Source: Oscillospiraceae bacterium (GTDB lineage Bacteria; Bacteroidota; Bacteroidia; Bacteroidales; WCHB1-69). From it: a stretch of 64,000 nucleotides of DNA. The stretch covers positions 36,374 through 100,373 of the forward strand of contig CAVEXN010000003.1 of assembly GCA_963620035.1 (NCBI GenBank), written 5' to 3'. Position numbers and translations under genes: made by a program. Every line of letters starts with the position of its first letter. The stretch's first letter is position 1. The notes beneath the pieces are model-generated. The model saw only the letters and a list, made by a program, of their open reading frames with translations, searched no databases and was not told where the DNA came from. Shown here piece after piece: positions 14,978 through 24,766 of the stretch.

Positions 14978-16825
14978 TTATCGTTTTTTCCTGGGGGTTT
15001 TGAATGGCTCATTGCCGAAAGAGTAGGAGATGCCGGCCATTACATTGATGCCGAAATTGTTGAACGCATAATATTTTGAGGCATACTGGCAACCTATGTT
15101 GTTTACGGCAGCCCATGCGGTGAACTGCTTGGTTATAAGGTATTCGAACCCGACACCGAAGTTGAGTATCGGTTTAACTTCTCTTTTGCCGTCTTCGTTT
15201 TTCCTAAGGTCGTTCTCGGCACGATACGAGGCTATGTAAGTGTCCCCGTTCTCGTCGGTGGAGGTCTGCGGCACAAGTGCCCACCGGCCAAAGCCGACTT
15301 GCGCATTCAAGTCGAATACGAATTTTTGATTGAATATGTAGCGGCCGTCGAAGCCGATTGTCCACGAGGGTTTATACCATGCGTGTTCCGGATGCTCCGT
15401 GCCGTTGTTGAAATAATAGCCGTTGTAACTCGCATTGAGGTTCAAAAGCAAGTGGTCAACCGTCTCCCAATTCAAGTTGGCGCAGACATTCAGCACGCTT
15501 GCCTTTTCAGCGTAAGTGACATCAAACTGGTTTTTCAACAGGCTGTTGGTGTCAAGTACAAAGAACGGAAGGTCTCGTACATACGAATAACGGGCCGAGA
15601 TGTGGTAATTCAGCTTCTTGACGATGTTGCCCTTGATGCCGCCGTATATGCTTACCTGAGTTTTGGTGAAGCGTAGGCTGTCAAGGTTCGGTTTTACGTA
15701 AGGGTTCTCGTAGAGGAGGTCCTGCAGGGAATTGTATTCGGATTTTCCGTCCACGCCAGCATATAGGCTCAACAGTCCGCGTACAAGCCCCAACTGAAGT
15801 TCGGCTATGGGATAGACCGGGCATTGGGCTTTGCCGCTCGACACGATGACGGGCACTCCGACACCGGCCAAGATATGGTACTCTTTTATGGTGAAATTCA
15901 TAGCAGGGCGAAACTCCATCTTAAAAGAATTGTCCGCCCTCCTGACGGTACGGGGATTGTTGACCTCTGTGCCGACAACGATAGAATCGCCCCAAGTGTT
16001 GTTGTGATAGTCAAAATTGAAATCCAACTGGTAATGCTGGTATCCTGAAATCTTCAGGAACCGGGTGTCGTATGCTACAAAAGCGCTCACTCCGGCGGTG
16101 TGCTCCATATCCTTGTGACGGGTATGGATAAAGTCGTAGTGCAGTCGCACGTCCTCTTTCACCCGCTTGTCTTCCACCGTATAGTTTGAGCGGATGCCGG
16201 CGTTGAAGTAAACATGGTGGAAACTGTTGCGGATGCTGTCACGGTAACTTTTTTCGTAATAGGAAGAATCAATGCCCCAGTTTCTGTTGTATCCATAGAG
16301 ATTTGCCAGTTCGTGGTTATAGCCGACGGAAGAGTAGAAAGTATAGTTTTTGAAATATCTGTTCAAGAAAAGGTGGGTACGGGTGTCGCTCGTCGGGGCG
16401 TATGCGTATTGTTTCTGTATTTTTCCGACAGGCTCTGCCCAAGAGGAGAAATGGTGGAAGTTGAGTCCGTACGAGAACTTGCTGTTGCGGGTGTTGTGTA
16501 CCGACAACTCCGCAAGCGGTGTTATAGGATACCCGAACCCGACTTTGAGATAGTTCCGGTAATAGCGTTCTTGGAACTCGGGGTTGAATTTGCTGACATC
16601 GATACGGGTTGGAGAGAAAGTGAGTTCGGGTTTCTGCGGAGAGATGGTGTATTTGAAAACCACTTTTTTGTGGACCGTATCGACGATGTCCGCCTGCCGG
16701 TTTATTTTTGAGGCATTGGTAAGTTTGGGCACATAATTGATCAGCAGATGTGCCGAGTCCACACTTTGGGCTCGGAGGGCGGCTGCGCAGGTCATGGCAA
16801 CTGCCAACAGAACGATGCGGTTCAT
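14978..16825 (-). CDS. Putative outer-membrane beta-barrel protein (Porin_10-like, uncharacterised)
   Basis: Signal peptide MNRIVLLAVAMTCAAALRAQ, aromatic/Gly/Asn-rich alternating pattern and a C-terminal '...GISYSFG' beta-strand. The family assignment is from memory and is not verified. Confidence 0.5.
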   Translation of the reverse strand: MNRIVLLAVAMTCAAALRAQSVDSAHLLINYVPKLTNASKINRQADIVDTVHKKVVFKYTISPQKPELTFSPTRIDVSKFNPEFQERYYRNYLKVGFGYPITPLAELSVHNTRNSKFSYGLNFHHFSSWAEPVGKIQKQYAYAPTSDTRTHLFLNRYFKNYTFYSSVGYNHELANLYGYNRNWGIDSSYYEKSYRDSIRNSFHHVYFNAGIRSNYTVEDKRVKEDVRLHYDFIHTRHKDMEHTAGVSAFVAYDTRFLKISGYQHYQLDFNFDYHNNTWGDSIVVGTEVNNPRTVRRADNSFKMEFRPAMNFTIKEYHILAGVGVPVIVSSGKAQCPVYPIAELQLGLVRGLLSLYAGVDGKSEYNSLQDLLYENPYVKPNLDSLRFTKTQVSIYGGIKGNIVKKLNYHISARYSYVRDLPFFVLDTNSLLKNQFDVTYAEKASVLNVCANLNWETVDHLLLNLNASYNGYYFNNGTEHPEHAWYKPSWTIGFDGRYIFNQKFVFDLNAQVGFGRWALVPQTSTDENGDTYIASYRAENDLRKNEDGKREVKPILNFGVGFEYLITKQFTAWAAVNNIGCQYASKYYAFNNFGINVMAGISYSFGNEPFKTPRKKR

Positions 16826-16878
16826 GTTTCGGGTATGAATTATCTTGGCGTTATTGTTCATTGCTTCGGGCTTGAAAA

Positions 16879-19800
16879 TCAGTTTGAAGATGAGTTGTTT
16901 TCCAGTGCGTCTATTGCCGCTATCTTTTCCTGTGCCTCTTTCACAAGGTCATCGCCTTTGTAGTTATCTACGATGCTTTGGTAGGTATGTCGCGCCTGAA
17001 AATAGTTGCCGCGTTCCTTGTAAAGGTCGCCATAGAGGATAAAGGTCTTGGCATACCAGTACTCTGAAGAATAGTTGCTGCCCAGAATGGCCTGTATTTT
17101 CGTCTCGCAGTCATTCTGGTTCCTGTCAACATTCAGCGCCATATCAGCGAGGTGGAAAGCAGCCTCGGCGCATAGGTCATTGGCGCCGGCGTTGGCAAGT
17201 TTTTCATAGCAGTTTTTTGCTGTGGCAAACTCGCCAGTCTCCTTTGCGGAATTGCCCGCGATCAGGAGCGCCTCTTGCAAGAGGTCTGCATCTGTATGCG
17301 TGCTGTTCACGATGGTCATGGCGCTGTTGAGCGACTGGCGGTATTTTTTCAGGAAATAGGCGCAGCGCATAGACCCGTTGTTTGCGAACAGCAATTCGTC
17401 CTCCTCGGTGGTGCTTTCAAGCAGCTTGCTGAAATAAGCCAACGCTTTTTCGTATTCCTTGTCGTTGTATAGGATTGAGGCGGCCTTGTGAAGGGCTGTC
17501 ACGTTGTATTCGGTTCGATAGTTTTTGATGATGGCTTCATAGTCGGCAAGGGCTTCCTGGTAATTCTTCTGTCCATATTCGCACTCTGCTTTGAAGAAAT
17601 GAGCTTTGGCGACGAAAGAGCCGTTAGGGAACTGGCGGAGATAGTCGCCGCATGCCTTGATGGAAGCCTGGCAATCACCCCGGTTGTACTTCGTTTCGGC
17701 CGACTTGAAGGCAATCGAGTCTTGTCTGTCTGCGGATATGTTCATGTTCTTGGTGCGCACATAGTCGAAGAACTCTCCGGTAGAGCCTTCTTCGGTATAA
17801 ATGTTCTCGAGGTTTGCCAAGGCGTCTTTTGCCTCTTGCGAGCCGGGGTAGGTTTCAACCACGTATTTGTAGGTGGAGATGGCCAACTGGCTGTTGTCGC
17901 TGTTCAGATATGCCTGGGCCAAACGTGTATGCACCTGACGGACATACTGGCTCTTGGGATGCTTGCGGATAAAGTCTTTGTAGGCTGAAATGGCATGGAC
18001 GTAGTCGTTCTGTGTATGATAGGTGACGGCCAGGTCATATTCCACGTCGTCGATGTAGGAAGACTTCGGGAAGTTGCTGACAAATTTTTCCAAGGCTTGG
18101 ATTTTCTTTGTGTTATTCTTCTGGTATCCGTAGCATTTGGAAAGTTGGTACAAAGCATAGTCGGCATTGCCTTCTCCCATCTGCTCGCATTGTCCGTAGT
18201 ATTTTATAGCAGAACGGAGATCTTGTTGCATAAAGTAGCAATCGGCAAGGCGTGCCGTTGCGTCAGCGCGCATTGCGGGATCTTTGGCTTGGGCGGCGTC
18301 AAGGTATTTTTTGAAATATTCGGCGGCATCGCGGTAGCGTTTGATCTTGAGGGCAGCATAGCCAAGAGAGTAATTGGACTCCACGTAAAACTCGTTATTA
18401 TGGGCATTGGCCGCACGCTGGTATGTCTGCAGCGCGTAATAGGCATCGCGGTACTGTTCGTTACGGTATTGGGTTTCGCCTTTCCAATAGAGTGCGTTGA
18501 GGTTGATGTCCTTGTCTGCCGGAGAAGAGAGCGTCTTGACCAACATCTGCAGCGCCTCTCTGTGTTTGCGGTTGTTGATCAGTTCCAGCGAACGGAAATA
18601 GGTGCAGCGCTGGTAGGCTTTCAGAATGTCTGGGGTTTTGGTGCTCAACTGCTCTATTGAAGTGATGGCGGCCTGATAGTTCTGGGTTGAAAGGTAGATT
18701 TGCGAAAGGTACGAGGAAGCCTCGTTGCTGCGGGTCGAATTCGGATAAGTGTTGATATAGTCTTCCAATGCCTGAATGGCATTGTTGAAAGGGCTCTTTG
18801 AAATCTCATACTGCAACTTGGCATAATTGTACAACGCATCTTCTTTCACCTCTTTGTCGAAATCATATTTGGCCGCTTGTCTGAAACTCTGTGAGGCCAA
18901 AACCGACTGGTTTGTCTTAAGATAGCAGTCTGCGAGAAGATAATAACTGTTTTGCGTCATCCGGTCGGGATGCTTGTCGTCTATTGATTTTGAAAATAAT
19001 TCTATTGCTTTGGTATAATTCTGTACCCGGTAATAGGTAAAGCCCGCCGCAAAGAAATCGTTCCGTTCCATCTCTACCTTGTCGGAAACCAGAAGTTTGT
19101 CAAAATTGTTGGCGGCCGTCTCATAATCGTTCAGGTTATACTGTGAGAGCGCCACACAGCGCAAAATCTGGAGCTGCCCCACGTCGTTGGCATTCTTCAT
19201 GGCGGGGGCGGTGGCGAGCACATCCTCATAGCGCCCTTGCTTGAAATAAATCTGCACCAAGAAATTACGTACTTCTGACTTGAATTCGGGCTCCTCTTTC
19301 AAAAGCAGGAAATCCTCCAAAGCCGACTCGTACTGCCCGTCCATATAGGCCATATAGGCAAGGTAATAGATAGAACGCAATTGGTAGGGACCTTGCTCGT
19401 CACGGGCTTTCATAAAAAGCGACTTGGCCTGGTCATAGTCGCCCGTCATAAAATAGGCGTAACCTTTCTTGAACCGGTATTCAACAATGTTTTCGGGTTG
19501 TATTTCATTGACTAACAATTCATCAAATTGAAGAATAGCCTTCTTCCATTGTTTTCGGCTGAAATAGTAACGGCCAAGGTAAAAACGGGCTTCATTCACA
19601 AAAGTGTGTACCGGATATCGGTCAATGAAAGCGTGCAGCAGGAAAGCGGCGTCCTGGTTGTCCAGTTTGGCGGCACAAACCCCCATATAGAAAAAAGAGT
19701 TCGTCTTCAAGTCCTGCTGGATGTCCTCGGTATTGTCATAGACATATTTGAAATATTGCTGGGCAGATCCGTATTTCTCCTTGTTGAACAAGTCCATAGC

Positions 19801-19914
19801 CGTTTTGAACTCATAACGGGGCGACTCGAAATTTGCCGTGCGCTGCGCTATGGCCGGTGACAGGCTGCAGAACAAGAAAAGCGTTGCCAGCAGACTTTTT
19901 TCCAATGTTTTCAT
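16879..19914 (-). CDS. Large secreted tetratricopeptide-repeat (TPR) protein
   Basis: About 1010 aa from MKTLEKSLLATLFLFCSLSPAIAQ. It has many A/Y/L-patterned 34-aa repeats ('YYLGRYYF', 'AQAYLNSDN', 'ALYWKGETQY'). Confidence 0.8.
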   Translation of the reverse strand: MKTLEKSLLATLFLFCSLSPAIAQRTANFESPRYEFKTAMDLFNKEKYGSAQQYFKYVYDNTEDIQQDLKTNSFFYMGVCAAKLDNQDAAFLLHAFIDRYPVHTFVNEARFYLGRYYFSRKQWKKAILQFDELLVNEIQPENIVEYRFKKGYAYFMTGDYDQAKSLFMKARDEQGPYQLRSIYYLAYMAYMDGQYESALEDFLLLKEEPEFKSEVRNFLVQIYFKQGRYEDVLATAPAMKNANDVGQLQILRCVALSQYNLNDYETAANNFDKLLVSDKVEMERNDFFAAGFTYYRVQNYTKAIELFSKSIDDKHPDRMTQNSYYLLADCYLKTNQSVLASQSFRQAAKYDFDKEVKEDALYNYAKLQYEISKSPFNNAIQALEDYINTYPNSTRSNEASSYLSQIYLSTQNYQAAITSIEQLSTKTPDILKAYQRCTYFRSLELINNRKHREALQMLVKTLSSPADKDINLNALYWKGETQYRNEQYRDAYYALQTYQRAANAHNNEFYVESNYSLGYAALKIKRYRDAAEYFKKYLDAAQAKDPAMRADATARLADCYFMQQDLRSAIKYYGQCEQMGEGNADYALYQLSKCYGYQKNNTKKIQALEKFVSNFPKSSYIDDVEYDLAVTYHTQNDYVHAISAYKDFIRKHPKSQYVRQVHTRLAQAYLNSDNSQLAISTYKYVVETYPGSQEAKDALANLENIYTEEGSTGEFFDYVRTKNMNISADRQDSIAFKSAETKYNRGDCQASIKACGDYLRQFPNGSFVAKAHFFKAECEYGQKNYQEALADYEAIIKNYRTEYNVTALHKAASILYNDKEYEKALAYFSKLLESTTEEDELLFANNGSMRCAYFLKKYRQSLNSAMTIVNSTHTDADLLQEALLIAGNSAKETGEFATAKNCYEKLANAGANDLCAEAAFHLADMALNVDRNQNDCETKIQAILGSNYSSEYWYAKTFILYGDLYKERGNYFQARHTYQSIVDNYKGDDLVKEAQEKIAAIDALENNSSSN

Positions 19915-20083
19915 ACAAATACTAATTATTTCAATAGATATACAACAAACGAGCAAAGGTAACAAAAAGTATATCTGCTTTTTGTTGTAAAAAATAGAAA
20001 TGTAAACAGGTCTTTTTTGATAATTGCGGGCAAAAGGACAATCTGTTTTGTGCTATTTTTGCGACCTGAAAAAACTACGGGAC

Positions 20084-20644
20084 ATGAACATTATCGGCAT
20101 CACGGGCACTTTAGGCGCCGGAAAAGGCACCATCGTTGATTATCTGGTAGAGCACTACGGTTACGGACACTATTCGGTACGCAAGTTTCTCATAGACGAG
20201 GCACGGCGGCGCAATATGGCGGTAAACCGCGACACATTCGTGACAGTGGCCAACGACCTGCGCAATTCGCACTCTCCCTCTTTCATCGTCGATGAATTGT
20301 ACCGGCAGGCTGAACAGGCGGGGAAGAACGCCATCATCGAAAGTATCCGGACCCCCGGGGAAGTGCTGTCTCTCAAAAAAAACGGGCATTTCACCCTCTT
20401 CGCTATCGATGCAGACCCTACAATTCGCTACCAAAGAATTGTAGGCCGGAATTCCGAAACCGACCACATATCCTATGAGACATTCCTCGAAAACGAACGG
20501 CGCGAAATGTCCTCCTCGAACCCGAACCACCAAAACATAGGAAAATGTATGGAAATGGCAGACTATGTCTTTCAGAACAACGGGGACTTCAACGACTTGT
20601 ACACACAATTGGAGCCGGTTTTATTCAAATTGTCCTGTTCATAA
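20084..20644 (+). CDS. P-loop nucleotide/nucleoside kinase-like protein (AAA-family ATPase, function uncertain)
   Basis: Begins 'MNIIGITGTLGAGKGT' (Walker A). About 186 aa from the internal ATG at 20084. Confidence 0.55.
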   Translation: MNIIGITGTLGAGKGTIVDYLVEHYGYGHYSVRKFLIDEARRRNMAVNRDTFVTVANDLRNSHSPSFIVDELYRQAEQAGKNAIIESIRTPGEVLSLKKNGHFTLFAIDADPTIRYQRIVGRNSETDHISYETFLENERREMSSSNPNHQNIGKCMEMADYVFQNNGDFNDLYTQLEPVLFKLSCS

Positions 20645-20714
20645 AAAACATAGGGGCAGGAGTCTGCATCCGTATCAATTATTATCTTTGCAAAATTTGA
20701 ATCGTTATTTTGTG

Positions 20715-21698
20715 ATGAAAAAGACTCTTTTAGCCATCAGCCTTGCTGCCATTGTTGGCTTTTCGGGCTGCGTAACAAAACAGAAATACAATGAATTGCA
20801 AAGCCAGTACAAGAAATGCCAGGATGAACTGACCTTTGCGAACTCCGAAAATGTTGACTATGCCAACGCCAAAAAACAGCTTACGTCAAGGGTGGACGCA
20901 CTCACCAAAGAGACCGAACAGCTGAAAAAAGACACGTTGTCGCTCTCGCGCAAACTGAAACAGTCCGAGCGCGACCTTGCCAAAGCAGCCAAGGATTACG
21001 ACGACCTGCTCAAGAACTTCGCAGACATGAACGTCAGCAACCAGACCCAAATGAACGACCTGTTGGGCAATATCGACAAATACAAGGACGAACTTACCGC
21101 TAAAGAGGCTCTTCTCAATGCCCAAAAAGACTCGTTGGAGGAGGCAAGGGCTGTCTTGAACGCCAAAGAGCAGCGGCTGCAAGAGATGCAAGACATCCTC
21201 AACCGCAAAGACGAAGAAGTCAAATTGCTGAAAGCAAAAGTCAGCGCCGCCCTGAAAGGGTTTGAGGGCAGCGGACTGCAGGTTCAGGAGAAAAACGGCA
21301 AAGTCTATGTCTCTATGGAAGACAAACTGCTCTTTGCCTCCGGCAGTTGGAACATCAACGAGAAAGGGCTCAACGCCATCAGGCAGATTGCCCGGGTGCT
21401 GGAAACGGAAACGGAAATCTCCGTGCTCATCGAGGGGCATACCGACAACGTTCCCTACAACGGGAACGGACAGATCAAAGACAATTGGGACCTCAGCGTA
21501 ATGCGCGCCACCTCGGTAGTGAAAGCAATGCTGAAAGACAGCAACATAAACCCCGTAAGACTCTCTGCTTCTGGTCGCAGCGAGTATCTGCCCATCGACG
21601 GCGAAGATACACCTTCCGCCCGTGCAAAAAACCGCAGGACGGAAATCATCCTCACTCCCAATCTGGACAAGCTTTTCGAACTTATCCAAAACAACTGA
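20715..21698 (+). CDS. OmpA/MotB-domain lipoprotein with a coiled-coil N-terminal half
   Basis: Lipoprotein signal 'MKKTLLAISLAAIVGFSGC'. OmpA_C motifs 'GHTDNVPY...NWDLSVMRA...NRRTEI'. Confidence 0.85.
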   Translation: MKKTLLAISLAAIVGFSGCVTKQKYNELQSQYKKCQDELTFANSENVDYANAKKQLTSRVDALTKETEQLKKDTLSLSRKLKQSERDLAKAAKDYDDLLKNFADMNVSNQTQMNDLLGNIDKYKDELTAKEALLNAQKDSLEEARAVLNAKEQRLQEMQDILNRKDEEVKLLKAKVSAALKGFEGSGLQVQEKNGKVYVSMEDKLLFASGSWNINEKGLNAIRQIARVLETETEISVLIEGHTDNVPYNGNGQIKDNWDLSVMRATSVVKAMLKDSNINPVRLSASGRSEYLPIDGEDTPSARAKNRRTEIILTPNLDKLFELIQNN

Positions 21699-21706
21699 CC
21701 CTCTTT

Positions 21707-22699
21707 ATGTTTGCTGACCTCCTATTGGCATGGTATGAAGAGAACCGGCGTTCTCTTCCTTGGCGCGGAGAGTCGGACCCTTATAAGATTTGGGTGTCAG
21801 AAATCATCCTGCAGCAGACCCGCGTGCAGCAAGGGTGGGACTATTATCTACGCTTCATAGAGGCTTTTCCTGACGTGCAGACACTTGCTGCCGCCACGGA
21901 GGAGCAGGTGCTCCGGTTGTGGCAAGGATTAGGATACTATTCCCGCGCCCGGAATATGCACTGCGCCGCACAGCAGATCATGGAAAACCACCACGGCATC
22001 TTCCCCTGCACCTACGAAGACCTCCTTAAACTCAAAGGTGTGGGCTACTATACCGCCGCGGCAGTGGCTTCCATAGCTTTCGGGCTGCCCCATCCCGCCG
22101 TTGACGGCAATGTAGTCCGCGTCATCTGCCGCATCTTCGGCATCTGCGATGACACGACACGCCCAAACGTCAGGAGACAAATCACAGACATCTGCGCCCG
22201 GATGATGCCGCCTCAACAGGCCGGCACATTCAACCAGGCCTTCATGGAGTTCGGTGCCGTGTGGTGTACCCCGCGACAACCCCGTTGCGGCGAATGCCCC
22301 TTTGCGCCAGAGTGTTATGCCCTCTCACATCAAAAGACCGAAACGTTGCCCGTGAAAAACAACAGAATGGTCCGAAAGGAGCGTTATTTCCACTATCTTG
22401 TTCATCTGTGCCGACATGAAACGATAATCGAAAAAAGGACAGGACGTGACATCTGGCAAAACATGTACCAGTTTCCTCTCCTCGAAACGGAAGACAACGA
22501 ACCCCTGCAAGGCAAAAACTGCATTGCCCTGTACCGCGAGATGCTGACCCACCAGGTCATTTATGCCCGCTACTACCTGCTGCCACAAGACACTCTGCCG
22601 AAACTAGGTGAAAACCAACAGATTGTTCATATACGCAACATCTGCAACTATCCGATGCCTATCCATGCCGTGAACTTCATCAAAGAATACAAACTCTGA
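21707..22699 (+). CDS. mutY: A/G-specific adenine DNA glycosylase MutY
   Basis: 'SEIILQQTRV', an HhH region and the Fe-S cluster 'CTPRQPRCGECPFAPEC'. The ORF-track start 21347 is rejected because that extension overlaps the OmpA gene. Confidence 0.9.
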   Translation: MFADLLLAWYEENRRSLPWRGESDPYKIWVSEIILQQTRVQQGWDYYLRFIEAFPDVQTLAAATEEQVLRLWQGLGYYSRARNMHCAAQQIMENHHGIFPCTYEDLLKLKGVGYYTAAAVASIAFGLPHPAVDGNVVRVICRIFGICDDTTRPNVRRQITDICARMMPPQQAGTFNQAFMEFGAVWCTPRQPRCGECPFAPECYALSHQKTETLPVKNNRMVRKERYFHYLVHLCRHETIIEKRTGRDIWQNMYQFPLLETEDNEPLQGKNCIALYREMLTHQVIYARYYLLPQDTLPKLGENQQIVHIRNICNYPMPIHAVNFIKEYKL

Positions 22700-22706
22700 A
22701 CAAAAC

Positions 22707-23153
22707 ATGGAAACAGACAAAGACCTGCAATATATGAGAACCGCCCTGAACGAAGCCATGGACGCCTTTGAAGAGGACGAAGTTCCCGTCGGGGCTGTTG
22801 TCGTGCTCAACGACACAATCATAGCCCGGGGGCACAACCTCACCGAGAAACTGAACGATGCCACTGCCCATGCCGAGATGATGGCCATCACGGCAGCCGC
22901 CAACCACATCGGGGCCAAATATCTCAAAAACTGCACACTCTACGTGACCCTGGAGCCTTGCGTCATGTGTGCCGGAGCTATTGCGCACAGCCAATTGTCG
23001 CGCGTCGTTTACGGCGCATCTGACCCTAAAAAGGGATATACACGCTACAATTCTGCCATTTTGCCTAAATCCATCGATGTCACCGACGGCGTAATGAAAG
23101 AGGATTGTTCCGCCATGCTTAAAAACTATTTCCGTTCAAAACGCAAAAAATAG
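22707..23153 (+). CDS. tadA: tRNA-specific adenosine deaminase TadA
   Basis: 148 aa with 'HAEMMAI' and 'PCVMCAGA' zinc motifs. Confidence 0.9.
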   Translation: METDKDLQYMRTALNEAMDAFEEDEVPVGAVVVLNDTIIARGHNLTEKLNDATAHAEMMAITAAANHIGAKYLKNCTLYVTLEPCVMCAGAIAHSQLSRVVYGASDPKKGYTRYNSAILPKSIDVTDGVMKEDCSAMLKNYFRSKRKK

Positions 23154-23211
23154 GGTGTACATCTTCCAAATACCTGACCGTACAAAAGATTAACCTTTAC
23201 AATCTGTCAAT

Positions 23212-24138
23212 ATGTCAAAAAACTACTTCCAACGTTACATCTGGCTCATTGAATTCATCGACAGGCGCAAGTATGCCAGTTTTAATGAAATCAGCAACGC
23301 CTGGATGCGCAGCAGGCTCAACCCGGCGGGAGAACGGCTCTCCGAACGCACCTTTTTCAACCACAAGGCCGCCATTGCCGACGACTTCGGCATTGAAATC
23401 AAAAACGACCGGACCCTGGGCTATTATATTGACGAGAACAGCATTGGTGACGAATCAATAGGCAAATGGATGCTGCAAGCACTCTGCATGAACAATATAC
23501 TGCGCGAAAATGCGGATATGAAAAAATTCATCCTCTTCGAAAAAACACACTCTGACGACAATTTCCTTGTTGAAATTCTCACGGCTATCCGCAACTGTCA
23601 TAAAATAAGCCTCGTTTATCAGACGTTTAGTGAGACTATAGCCACAAGCCGTATTATCAGCCCCTATTGCATAAAGTATTTCAAAAAACGCTGGTATATG
23701 CTCGGTCTTGCCGAAAACGACGGCCTGAAAGTCTATGCGTTGGATCGTTTCCAAGATATGGAAGAACTGGACGAGACCTTTACCCTCCCTGCCGGATTTG
23801 ACGCGGAAGCGTATTTCAGCAACTTTTACGGAATATGGGTTTTTGAATCGGCTCCGCCCGTTGAAATCCGCCTGAAAGTACCGGAATACCGGGCTAAATA
23901 TCTGCACAAACTCCCCCTCCACCACAGCCAAAGGGAAGAGCCGCTCGGTGACGGATATGCCATCTTCACATACCTTATGGTTCCCACTCCGGATTTTGAA
24001 AGCGAATTGCTGAGCCTTAGAGAGGTTGAGGTGCTGGAACCTAAAACGTTTCGAGACCACATTGCAGGAGTTATCAGCAAAATGAATGACATATACAAAA
24101 AGAAACAGCGGCACTCATCCCCCAGAAAAGGCATATAG
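23212..24138 (+). CDS. WYL-domain transcriptional regulator-like protein
   Basis: 308 aa with an N-terminal wHTH-like region. The central segment 'KKRWYMLGLAENDGLKVYALDRFQDMEELDETF' is typical of WYL domains. Confidence 0.7.
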   Translation: MSKNYFQRYIWLIEFIDRRKYASFNEISNAWMRSRLNPAGERLSERTFFNHKAAIADDFGIEIKNDRTLGYYIDENSIGDESIGKWMLQALCMNNILRENADMKKFILFEKTHSDDNFLVEILTAIRNCHKISLVYQTFSETIATSRIISPYCIKYFKKRWYMLGLAENDGLKVYALDRFQDMEELDETFTLPAGFDAEAYFSNFYGIWVFESAPPVEIRLKVPEYRAKYLHKLPLHHSQREEPLGDGYAIFTYLMVPTPDFESELLSLREVEVLEPKTFRDHIAGVISKMNDIYKKKQRHSSPRKGI

Positions 24139-24194
24139 TCAATACTGTATAACATTGACTGTTTGACAGCCTGCCGGAGCTGAAACATGTCACG

Positions 24195-24237
24195 GAACAT
24201 TCACTGCCACATTTTGGCAGTGAATGTTCTTATTTTT
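24195..24237 (+). terminator. Intrinsic terminator after the WYL gene
   Basis: GAACATTCACTGCC acatttt GGCAGTGAATGTTC (perfect 14-bp stem) followed by TTATTTTTG. Confidence 0.75.
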
Positions 24238-24584
24238 GCAGTATGATTGAAACAACGATACAGGCGATGCAAAAGAAATCAAACATAAAATCATACGTCA
24301 GCATTACCTCAAAATTTGCTGACAGATACACAAGGCTTCCATTGAGAGAGACCGCCGGTTTTAAGGCTGGCCACCATTGAGAAAGCCCCATGAAAACTAC
24401 TCCGGAAAACAAAAGACCATTTCCACGGAAGAGGACATCTGGACAATAAACCATGATTGAACGGCACCTCTTCCGTGCCGGGAAATGGCATCCTTTTATA
24501 TTGGTAGTCTTTTGCTTCTGTGAATGCGATACATTCTTGGCAATAATCCTTCTGCATCTTTTCTGATAATCCGTGAAAAAGGCT

Positions 24585-24592
24585 TATTTTTG
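24585..24592 (+). promoter_or_regulatory. Candidate -7 box TATTTTTG upstream of the DUF4249 gene
   Basis: Matches TAnnTTTG. It would give a ~170-nt leader. Confidence 0.35.
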
Positions 24593-24766
24593 CACGCTCA
24601 ATGCAATAGAAATGTTATGCAACAACAGAAACATGCCGCTCTTGTCTAAAATAAGCAAAGAGAACTACGGTTATAGGATGATCAAGACGTATTAAAAACA
24701 ATAGACATCGCTACTTTCGGATTGTTATCAGCAGTTCCCTCTCACAATTATAGAAAACCATCCGCT

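Noticed and set aside
13204-16861. ORF-track N-terminal extensions of the C69 dipeptidase (to 15012) and the porin-like gene (to 16861)
   Set aside because: The extensions precede obvious signal peptides (MKKAFLL..., MNRIVLL...). In the dipeptidase case, the extension also overlaps the upstream gene. The internal ATGs are preferred.
21347-21706. 360-nt N-terminal extension of the mutY ORF in the ORF track
   Set aside because: The extension overlaps the 3' end of the OmpA-like gene in another frame and translates to an R/Q/G-rich sequence. The conserved MutY sequence begins at the ATG at 21707, 8 nt after the OmpA stop.
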